Assembly (NCBI GenBank): GCA_025839675.1
Contig: CP104013.1
Location: 4,350,001 to 4,382,000, forward strand
Direction: 5' to 3'
DNA from: Candidatus Lokiarchaeum ossiferum
GTDB lineage: Archaea > Asgardarchaeota > Lokiarchaeia > Sigyniarchaeales > Promethearchaeaceae
DNA: 32,000 nt
Part shown: positions 1 to 7,429 of the stretch, one piece after another
How the letters are laid out: every line of letters begins with the position of its first letter
Numbering within the stretch: position 1 is the first letter of the stretch
The notes under the pieces: generated by a model
The model's database searches: none
What the model saw: the letters and a program-made list of their open reading frames with translations, nothing else
Told to the model about the DNA's origin: nothing
Translations under genes and position numbers: made by a program

Positions 1-1308
1 ATCACACCAAGTGTTATTTTAGGGTTTACAAGCCAGGGATTTGGACAGGCTAGCCGTAATTTACATCATTTTCAAGAAGATTTAATTTTACCGAAAAAAC
101 ATAATAAAAAATTACGAAAAATACTCTACAATTCCTGGGAAGCAACTTATTTTGATGTCAATCTTGAAAATCAGACTTCTCTTGCAGAAAAAGCTGCTTC
201 TATTGGAGTAGAATTGTTTGTTATGGATGATGGGTGGTTTGGTCAACGAAATACTGATATGGCGGGACTTGGAGATTGGTATGTCAATACTCAAAAATTT
301 CCCGAAGGATTAGACCCCCTAATAAATAAAGTTAATGAGTTAGGTATGGATTTTGGATTGTGGGTTGAACCTGAAATGGTGAATCCAGATAGTGATCTTT
401 ATCGAGCTCATCCCGAATGGGTGTTTCAATTTCCCAATCGTGAAATAACTCGTGCTCGTCATCAGCTTAATTTGAATTTAGCTAAACCAGAGGTGAAGGA
501 CTTTGTTTTTCATATGGTAGATGATTTACTCAATAAATATAATATCAAATTTATTAAATGGGACTGGAACAAGTCTATTAGTGAACCGGGTTGGCCTGAT
601 GTCCCCAAAGAACATCAGCAAGAAGTAATGGTGCATTATATTAAAAATTTGTATGATATTTTTTCAAAATTACGTGTCAGTCATCCAAATGTGGTATTTG
701 AAACATGTTCTGGGGGTGGCGGGCGAATTGATATGGGAATTTTGAGTTTTACTGATCAGGCATGGATATCTGACAATACTAATCCTTATGATCGTTTGTT
801 TATCCAAGAAGGCTATTCTCACATCTATTGTCCGAAATCCATGGTCTGTTGGGTTACCGATGCTGGGGACGATAATCTATTTTCGCTAAAATACCGGTTT
901 TATAGTTCTATGATGGGAACGTTGGGAATTGGGGCAAATCTTAACAATTATACTGAAAAACAATTAAAAATTGCAAAAAAGCATATCAAAAGATATAAAG
1001 AAATTCGTCCGTTAATTCAAGAGGGAGAAATGTATAGATTACTCTCCCCTCGAGCTGGAAACGTTTCTGCGGTTCAGTATATGAATGTGGAAAAAACCGA
1101 AGGAGTGGTATTTATATTCTTGCAATCTTCGAAATTTCCCGAAAATCGGTTCCGCTTGATATTTCAAGGATTAAATCCTGAATCACAATACAAAATATCA
1201 AAAATTTCTCAAAAATTGAGCGGAAGACTACTCATGTCCTTAGGGGCCTTGATAACTTTGGATGGACATTTTAAGTCTGAGTTGTTAAAAGTTACACAAA
1301 TAGAATAG
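1..1308 (+). CDS. Alpha-galactosidase, glycoside hydrolase family 36 (C-terminal ~435 aa; 5' end cut by the window edge)
   Basis: Frame 1 has no stop from base 1 to the ORF-track Met at 214, so the gene starts upstream of the window. Motifs VMDDGWF, GLWVEPEMV, IKWDWN (K-x-D-x-N nucleophile-type motif) and CSGGGGRID are characteristic of GH36 AgaA/RafA-type enzymes. Confidence 0.85.
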   Translation: MTPSVILGFTSQGFGQASRNLHHFQEDLILPKKHNKKLRKILYNSWEATYFDVNLENQTSLAEKAASIGVELFVMDDGWFGQRNTDMAGLGDWYVNTQKFPEGLDPLINKVNELGMDFGLWVEPEMVNPDSDLYRAHPEWVFQFPNREITRARHQLNLNLAKPEVKDFVFHMVDDLLNKYNIKFIKWDWNKSISEPGWPDVPKEHQQEVMVHYIKNLYDIFSKLRVSHPNVVFETCSGGGGRIDMGILSFTDQAWISDNTNPYDRLFIQEGYSHIYCPKSMVCWVTDAGDDNLFSLKYRFYSSMMGTLGIGANLNNYTEKQLKIAKKHIKRYKEIRPLIQEGEMYRLLSPRAGNVSAVQYMNVEKTEGVVFIFLQSSKFPENRFRLIFQGLNPESQYKISKISQKLSGRLLMSLGALITLDGHFKSELLKVTQIE

Positions 1309-1368
1309 AAGTATTTTTTTAACTTTGTAAAAAGCAAATTTTTTCTGATTTCTTTTCTTTTTCTCCCT

Positions 1369-3279
1369 ATGGATTATATCTTGGGGTTAGCTCAGTTCTT
1401 TGAAAAGCTACTTGAAAATAAAAATTTAACTTCTAAAAAATTATCAAAGTTCATCAAACCTGCCAAGAAAGGTTTGAAAATTGATTTTGCGATGAATTGT
1501 TTTGCATTAAAAAGAGATTTAAATAAAGATGGTCCTGAAATTGCCCAGGATATTATTAATTTAATCACTGAAGATGTATTGTTGCACTTTCCATTTATCG
1601 CTGCCATCGAAGGTGATGGTCCTTATATTAATATAATATTAAACAAAGCAAGTATGGCTGCCGATATTTTTCCTCAAATTCTCTCCGATGTGCGCACTTA
1701 TGCAAAATCTCATTACTTAAAAACTCAAAAATCCGCTCGATTGGTGGTAGAATATCCAAGTCCGAATACTAATAAACCACTTCATTTAGGTCACGTTCGT
1801 AATATGCTATTGGGACAATCACTATCATTAATTAATCAAAAAGTTGATAATACTGTTTTTCAAACAAACTTGTTTAATGATCGGGGGATTCATATCTGCA
1901 AAAGTATGTGGGCTTATCAAAAATTTGGAGAAAAAAAGACTCCTGAATCTGAAAACCGTAAATCTGATCATTTTGTGGGTGATTTTTATGTCAAGTTTGC
2001 CCAAGAAGAAGCTCGACTAAAAAATGGGCTGGAAGACCAAATTGCACAATTGGAAAATGAACGTAAAAAACCACTTCCAGATCAAAATGTTGCCTATATC
2101 AATCAGCTTACTCGTGAAATTGATGCTACAGATTATGGAAAGATGCAAAAAGAACTAAAACAGATGTTAGTTGATTGGGAAAATAAAGATCCAGAAGTCC
2201 GTGCTCTCTGGCGAATGATGAATGATTGGGCAGAGATGGGTTATAAAAAAACCTTTGAGATTTTTAAAATTAAACATGATAAAACCTACTTTGAAAGCGA
2301 GATCTACAACAAAGGAAAAGAAATCGTTGTGCAAGGATTAAAAAAAGGTGTTTTTGAAGAATTAGAAGATGGAGCAATCATTGCTAAATTCAAAAAGAAA
2401 GGTCTTCCCAAACAAAAAGTATTCGTCCGAAGAGATGGGACCACTCTTTATGCAACTCAAGATTTATATTTAGCTTATTCAAAAATGGCCGATTTCAATT
2501 ATGATCGATCCATCTATGTTATTGGAAATGAACAAAACATGCAATTGAGAACGATTTTTGCTGTTCTTAATCGATTGGGGATGAAAGCAGAAAATTTCCA
2601 TTATTCCTACGGAATGATCAATTTAACAACAGGAAAAATGAAATCTCGAGAAGGAACTGTTGTAGATGCTGATGATATATTAGAAGAGTTGGAGTTATTA
2701 GCATTAGATGCGATTCGGGAAAGATATGATGATTTGGACGAAACTGTTGTTGTTGAACGTGCTCATGTAATTGCGATGGCTGCGTTACGATTCTTTATTC
2801 TGAAATATGATTATGCGCGAGATTTTCTATTCGATCCGAAACAAAGTATTGCATTTGAGGGCGAAACTGGACCCTATATTTTGTATTCGTATGCTCGAAT
2901 TTGTTCCGTGTTTAGAAAAGCGATAAAGGAAAACATCCATGTTCCATTTGATCCCATTACTTCTGAAAAAGAGATGCTTCTAACCTTTGATTCAAACTTA
3001 GTAAAAGAATATACAGATTCCCATGAACAATCTCTAATTGAATACTTACAAAGATATCCAGAAGTGATGACTGATTCTGCCCGTCATCTAAAACCTCATT
3101 TACTAACCCGATATCTTTATGAATTGGCTCAAGAATTCACCAGATTTTATCATGCATGCCCTATATTGCAAGAGAATGTTGAAATTCAAACCGCACGTTT
3201 ATGGTTAATTGAAGTGGTTCGGATTGTACTAAAAGATGGGTTGCAAACCTTAAATATTGAAGTTTTAAACGAAATGTAG
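1369..3279 (+). CDS. argS: Arginine--tRNA ligase (class I)
   Basis: 636 aa with ATG start. P-N-T-N-K-P-L-H-L-G-H-V-R-N (HIGH-type motif). GKMKSREG (KMSKS-equivalent, 'MSTR'-like). C-terminal DALR-type anticodon-binding region ending ...LNIEVLNEM, as is typical of ArgRS. Confidence 0.95.
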   Translation: MDYILGLAQFFEKLLENKNLTSKKLSKFIKPAKKGLKIDFAMNCFALKRDLNKDGPEIAQDIINLITEDVLLHFPFIAAIEGDGPYINIILNKASMAADIFPQILSDVRTYAKSHYLKTQKSARLVVEYPSPNTNKPLHLGHVRNMLLGQSLSLINQKVDNTVFQTNLFNDRGIHICKSMWAYQKFGEKKTPESENRKSDHFVGDFYVKFAQEEARLKNGLEDQIAQLENERKKPLPDQNVAYINQLTREIDATDYGKMQKELKQMLVDWENKDPEVRALWRMMNDWAEMGYKKTFEIFKIKHDKTYFESEIYNKGKEIVVQGLKKGVFEELEDGAIIAKFKKKGLPKQKVFVRRDGTTLYATQDLYLAYSKMADFNYDRSIYVIGNEQNMQLRTIFAVLNRLGMKAENFHYSYGMINLTTGKMKSREGTVVDADDILEELELLALDAIRERYDDLDETVVVERAHVIAMAALRFFILKYDYARDFLFDPKQSIAFEGETGPYILYSYARICSVFRKAIKENIHVPFDPITSEKEMLLTFDSNLVKEYTDSHEQSLIEYLQRYPEVMTDSARHLKPHLLTRYLYELAQEFTRFYHACPILQENVEIQTARLWLIEVVRIVLKDGLQTLNIEVLNEM

Positions 3280-3297
3280 GTAAGATGTCTAAATCGA

Positions 3298-3325
3298 TTT
3301 TTTTTTATTGATATTTTTTTTTTTT
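3298..3325 (+). terminator. Oligo-T tract pair downstream of argS (archaeal-type intrinsic terminator candidate)
   Basis: A T9 run at 3298-3306 and a T12 run at 3314-3325 begin 19 nt after the argS stop codon. Confidence 0.5.
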
Positions 3326-3366
3326 AATACGTACCTATTAATATTAATTTTTTTCCCATATATTAA

Positions 3367-4209
3367 ATGGGTTTTTTATGCGATGATAACAATGCACTTG
3401 GGGAAACTAAAACAACGCGCATGATTTATTTGGAACTGAAAAACTCTTGCAATTTAGAACATTCACTATCTTTGGTTCTTAAATATTTACAACAACTTAC
3501 AACCATTGAAGCTATCAGCATTCGACTACATGAAGATGGAGATTTTCCATATTTTGTCTATAATGGATTTACCAAAGAGTTCATTCAGCACGAAATGTAC
3601 TTATGTGTGAAAGATTTTTCTGGAAAAAGAGTCAAAGAACACGATAAAAATCAACTTTTACTTGAATGTATGTGCGGGAATGTGATTCGAGGTCGTACTA
3701 ATCCTGAATTTCCTTTTTTTAGCAAAGGGGGAAGTTTCTGGGCAAATCATACAACAGAACTTCTGGCAAATACAACTGAAGCTGATCGGCAAGCTTCTAC
3801 ACGTAATTATTGCAATAGATGTGGATTTGAATCAGTTGCCCTTATTCCCATCCGAAATGAAGGAAATACTTTAGGTTTAATACAATTGAATGATCATCGC
3901 ATTGGTATGTTCGATTTAGATCAAATCGAGTTTTTAGAAATGATCGGCGATATTATTGGCTCCAAAATTATTAGGGATAAAGAATTTCATCCCCCAAATT
4001 TCAAAGAATTTAATGATTTGATTGTAACCGTTTGCTCTTTTTGTAGAAGTGCAAAAGTTAGCGATATGGAATGGGTTTCTATCGAAAAATTCTTTACAAC
4101 AGTAGAAAAAATTGATAAAATATACTTTTCCCATGGTGTATGCCCAAATTGTCTTCCTTTATTAGATCCAGAATATCAAGGGTCGATGGAAAAAAAAAAT
4201 CACAAGTAA
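3367..4209 (+). CDS. GAF-domain sensor protein with a C-terminal Cys/His-rich CxxC...HGxCPxC module
   Basis: GAF-like core: ECMCGNVIRG...GGSFWAN...GFESVALIPIRNEGNTLGLIQLNDHR...FLEMIGDIIG. C-terminal CSFCRSAKVSDMEWVSIEKF...YFSHGVCPNCL. The start could instead be the Met at residue 19. Confidence 0.65.
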   Translation: MGFLCDDNNALGETKTTRMIYLELKNSCNLEHSLSLVLKYLQQLTTIEAISIRLHEDGDFPYFVYNGFTKEFIQHEMYLCVKDFSGKRVKEHDKNQLLLECMCGNVIRGRTNPEFPFFSKGGSFWANHTTELLANTTEADRQASTRNYCNRCGFESVALIPIRNEGNTLGLIQLNDHRIGMFDLDQIEFLEMIGDIIGSKIIRDKEFHPPNFKEFNDLIVTVCSFCRSAKVSDMEWVSIEKFFTTVEKIDKIYFSHGVCPNCLPLLDPEYQGSMEKKNHK

Positions 4210-4667
4210 TGTTCGTAATAATCTAATTCTGTATTCTTTTTGATTTTTAGTTTCATAAGAACACTTTGGAAATTTGAATCCCGTTTTAGGGCCCAAAGTC
4301 CAATTTTATCTATTTTCATGGTTTTTTTTAAGTAATTAAAGAGTTCACGGAGAATCATTTCTTCAATTCCATTTTTAAATGCATTTTCTTTTCGAGTCAC
4401 CACATCATGAATTAAACAATGTTGGTTTCCAAGAAAATCCGTCCAAATTGTAAAGAAACCTGCTCCAACTAGAGAATTTCCATCTTTTGCTAGCACAATT
4501 GAATTTCGATTTATCAACGATTTAGAGCGCTGATCTATTTCTTTGGAAAATTTGTCTAAATCGACCTTCTCACCTAATTGATCTAATCTGTACTGAAAAT
4601 CTGCAATCAATGCTTCTAAATCCGCTTTATCCTGTCGCGGATTATATCTAACTAATTTTATTTCCAT
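4200..4667 (-). CDS. GNAT-family N-acetyltransferase (putative)
   Basis: GNAT-like size and pattern (LAKDGNSLVGAGFFTI..., HDVVTRKENAFKNGIEEMILRELFNYL resembling motif A). The ORF-track start at 4679 is GTG; the first ATG is at 4667. The 3' end converges on and overlaps the GAF gene by 10 nt. Confidence 0.45.
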   Translation of the reverse strand: MEIKLVRYNPRQDKADLEALIADFQYRLDQLGEKVDLDKFSKEIDQRSKSLINRNSIVLAKDGNSLVGAGFFTIWTDFLGNQHCLIHDVVTRKENAFKNGIEEMILRELFNYLKKTMKIDKIGLWALKRDSNFQSVLMKLKIKKNTELDYYEHYL

Positions 4668-4751
4668 TTTTTTTCTCACTTTTTATTTTAAAGTTCTATA
4701 TATTGCCTTATTGATAATAATTTTAAAAAATGTTGCCATTAACCCTATCTT

Positions 4752-5243
4752 ATGAAACTGCAATTGCCTATCAAAAAATGGAAGGATGATGCTATTCTCC
4801 CCAAAATTGCTACAAAGGGAGATGCTGGAGCAGATTGTTTTATTAATGGATTTAAACGAATAATAAATGGGGATGCAAAAAAACTCGACGAAATTTCTGA
4901 TGATGAATATCTCCTCCAACCTCTCGAAAGAGTGTTATGTCCTCTTGGTTTCGCAACTGCTATTCCGGCAGGCTATTATGCTGCTGTTGTTCCTCGAAGT
5001 GGATTGGCTTTGTGGAGTGGGGTATCTATAGTCAATTCCCCTGGAACTATTGATGCGGGTTATCGTAATGAATGGGGTGCAATTGTTGTCAATCTTTCCA
5101 ATACACCAGTTACTCTTCATAAGGGTGATAAGATTTGTCAATTCATTTTAAGAAAACTGGATGATTATGAATTTGATATCGTTGAAACTCTTCCCACTTC
5201 GGAACGTGGTTTGGGTGGATTCGGTTCCACAGGCAAAAAATAA
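4752..5243 (+). CDS. dut: dUTP diphosphatase (homotrimeric dUTPase)
   Basis: All five dUTPase motifs are present: GDAGADC, PRSGLA, GTIDAGYRNEWG, GDKICQFIL, ERGLGGFGSTG. Confidence 0.9.
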   Translation: MKLQLPIKKWKDDAILPKIATKGDAGADCFINGFKRIINGDAKKLDEISDDEYLLQPLERVLCPLGFATAIPAGYYAAVVPRSGLALWSGVSIVNSPGTIDAGYRNEWGAIVVNLSNTPVTLHKGDKICQFILRKLDDYEFDIVETLPTSERGLGGFGSTGKK

Positions 5244-5278
5244 TCTTAAGATTATGATTACTTTTTTTTACAACAATT

Positions 5279-5683
5279 TTACACCCCTTTGGGTTTTCCA
5301 TCTTCATAGAACGCTTGAATTTCAATTGTATATTCCATCGGATCTTCATAAAAACCATTATACAATTTGAATTGGGGTGTGTGGGCCGGTTCTTTAATAC
5401 ATTTTACCCCTTTCTTGATTAATTCGGTGTGCCAATCATCAACTTCTTTAATATTTTCAACAACTAAAGTTAAGCACACTTTTTTCTGGTTTTGAATGTA
5501 TTCATCGTAATGACTGCAAAATCCCCAATAACTGAAGTGATTTTCAGTACCAATTTTATACAAAATGCATGGACCTTGTTCCAGTGCAACGGGAAGTTTT
5601 AATATAGTTTCATAGAAATGGCGATTTTCTTCTAAATTTTTACAAGGAAGAAAAGTGATTGGATATTGGAAGTTTGAAACCAT
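5279..5683 (-). CDS. VOC/glyoxalase-bleomycin-resistance family protein (putative)
   Basis: Beta-alpha-beta-beta-beta-type pattern (ITFLPCKNLEENRHFYETILKL...; CLTLVVENIKEVDDWHTELIKKGVKCIKEP...YNGFYEDPMEYTIEIQ). I chose the start at the internal ATG (residue 30 of the ORF). The longer ORF to 5770 would overlap the upstream gene by 29 nt. Confidence 0.5.
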   Translation of the reverse strand: MVSNFQYPITFLPCKNLEENRHFYETILKLPVALEQGPCILYKIGTENHFSYWGFCSHYDEYIQNQKKVCLTLVVENIKEVDDWHTELIKKGVKCIKEPAHTPQFKLYNGFYEDPMEYTIEIQAFYEDGKPKGV

Positions 5684-5741
5684 AATATAATGAGTAAAGA
5701 TGGAAAAAAAAGGCTTTAGTTTCTTCTTGAAATTCGAAAGT

Positions 5742-6146
5742 TCACACTTTAACTTGAAGTTTTTTAGCATAACCCATTGAAAAACTTACAGGCACCATCA
5801 CCAAAGTGATCATTAAGAACATTTGTGGTAAAATATTCAAGAATAGTCCTATGAGAACAACTGGGGTGAAAAACAATATTATATATGCAAATTTTAAACT
5901 CTTGCTGTGGTTTTCAGCCCATTTAAGGGTAAGGGCATTATATTTTTCAATAAGGAACCCAATTTTTTGTGAAACTACATTTCTTTTATCGGTTATCAAA
6001 AAGACATAGAGTATTGAAATTGCAATAAATATTATCAGTGTAAAAATTGTCGATTTTGCCGTCAAATATAGGTAAATATAGCAAACCCATAGGATAAAAA
6101 GGAAATCTATATGGGAAAGAGGGGATTTGTCGTTTTCTGTGAACAT
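5742..6146 (-). CDS. Hypothetical integral membrane protein (~4 TM)
   Basis: 134 aa with ATG start. Four hydrophobic stretches. No recognisable motif. Confidence 0.4.
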   Translation of the reverse strand: MFTENDKSPLSHIDFLFILWVCYIYLYLTAKSTIFTLIIFIAISILYVFLITDKRNVVSQKIGFLIEKYNALTLKWAENHSKSLKFAYIILFFTPVVLIGLFLNILPQMFLMITLVMVPVSFSMGYAKKLQVKV

Positions 6147-6388
6147 AAAGGATAACTTCCGTTTTTACTAATATACTAAATTGGGTCTGAATATATAAAC
6201 ACTTTCATTTGTCATGGGGTCTTAAGTTCATTTTTTTTTGAATTTTTGCTATCCAATAAGTGTCTCATCGGTTATCAAGATAATTTAGATTAATTTTTTT
6301 TTTCCTTTTCAATAAAAATAAAATTTCAATATTATGAAAAATAAAAGGACTCATCTGAGATATAAGTAGTTTGAAAAAAATCCAAAAT

Positions 6389-7372
6389 TTAATCGAATCT
6401 CCGACATGTTTCAATAGTTTTCACTATAGATTCTCTAACTCCACCAGTACTGTATTGCAATCTTTCTTTTTGATCTGAGAGCTCAATGTAGAAGTTATCT
6501 GTAAGAATATCTGAAAATAAGTAGTAGGAATCTAGACCTTCATATATCTCTTTTCGTTTCATTTTCCATTTTCTTATTTTCCCAACAATCAAAAATATCC
6601 ATTTTGGAAGAGAAATGACTTTCTTTTTCTTACCATATGTTGAGAACATGATCGTAAGCATTTCTTTCCATGTGATATTTTCATCACCAATCACATAGTG
6701 CTGGTTTTTTTTCCCATTTTCCATGGCGTCAACAATTGCTTCTGCTACATGTTCTACGGTAATCATTGTTGATCCACCTTTTGGAAAAAAAATGATGTTC
6801 CAGTTTTTGAACCGGTCGATGAAAACGCTTTTCCATAGAGGTGCTCTGGCACTTTCAGGCATTGTTCCAAATATATACGGCAATTCGAGAATCATTGTAT
6901 CTATTTGTTCTCCTCCTGCTTCAATTGCATATTCTGCTTGTTCAATTCGACATTGAATATAGGGGTGATGAATTGCCAGTTTTTTCTTGGGATATTTTCT
7001 GTCAAAATAGGCAAAGTATGAGTTTAAAATTACTGCACGTTTAATTTTCGCTAAATTTGCTGCTTGAAAAACTTTTTGGGTTGTTAAAGCTAATTTTTCA
7101 TGAAAAAATTCATAAGGAGGTCTATCTGGAGTGGTTCTATCATCAGGTCCTATAGCATATACTAATGCATCGAATCCGGATAACATTTCAACCATTCTTT
7201 CTTGTTCCATTGAAAAAATATCTCCATATTGAACAGAAACTTTTGATGGAAACCATTTTCCTAATTTTATATCTGGAATTGCAATGGTGCTCACTTCATG
7301 TTCTCTTTTCAAAAATTCTAGAGTTGCATGATATCCTATAAAACCTGTTCCGCCTATTATAAACACTTTCAT
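6389..7372 (-). CDS. NAD(P)-dependent epimerase/dehydratase-like protein (atypical SDR)
   Basis: N-terminal Rossmann motif MKVFIIGGTGFIGYH. About 327 aa. The ORF-track start at 7384 is TTG; the ATG at 7372 puts the GxxGxxG motif at the N-terminus. The active-site region reads YIQCR (YxxxR rather than YxxxK). Confidence 0.7.
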   Translation of the reverse strand: MKVFIIGGTGFIGYHATLEFLKREHEVSTIAIPDIKLGKWFPSKVSVQYGDIFSMEQERMVEMLSGFDALVYAIGPDDRTTPDRPPYEFFHEKLALTTQKVFQAANLAKIKRAVILNSYFAYFDRKYPKKKLAIHHPYIQCRIEQAEYAIEAGGEQIDTMILELPYIFGTMPESARAPLWKSVFIDRFKNWNIIFFPKGGSTMITVEHVAEAIVDAMENGKKNQHYVIGDENITWKEMLTIMFSTYGKKKKVISLPKWIFLIVGKIRKWKMKRKEIYEGLDSYYLFSDILTDNFYIELSDQKERLQYSTGGVRESIVKTIETCRRFD

Positions 7373-7410
7373 TTGTTTGATCAACCCTTTTTGTGTTAAA
7401 TATGTTATTT

Positions 7411-7429
7411 CAAAAATGAAAAGAAAAAA
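7411..7429 (-). terminator. Oligo-T tracts just downstream of the 818-aa gene (candidate end of the long minus-strand operon)
   Basis: After the stop at 7430-7432 the minus strand reads TTTTTTCTTTTCATTTTTG. Confidence 0.35.

Noticed and set aside
4200-5243. dUTPase with a small GNAT gene as a possible prophage or virus remnant.
   Set aside because: No integrase, capsid, terminase or att-like repeats are nearby. The dUTPase has all five cellular-type motifs and housekeeping genes flank it.
6147-6388. Larger intergenic gaps as possible ncRNA, tRNA or riboswitch loci (6147-6388, 17623-17833, 18290-18544, 23281-23568, 30502-30642).
   Set aside because: All are very AT-rich. I could find no GC-rich stems, cloverleaf-compatible segments or conserved-looking boxes by eye. 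They are most simply promoter and terminator spacers.
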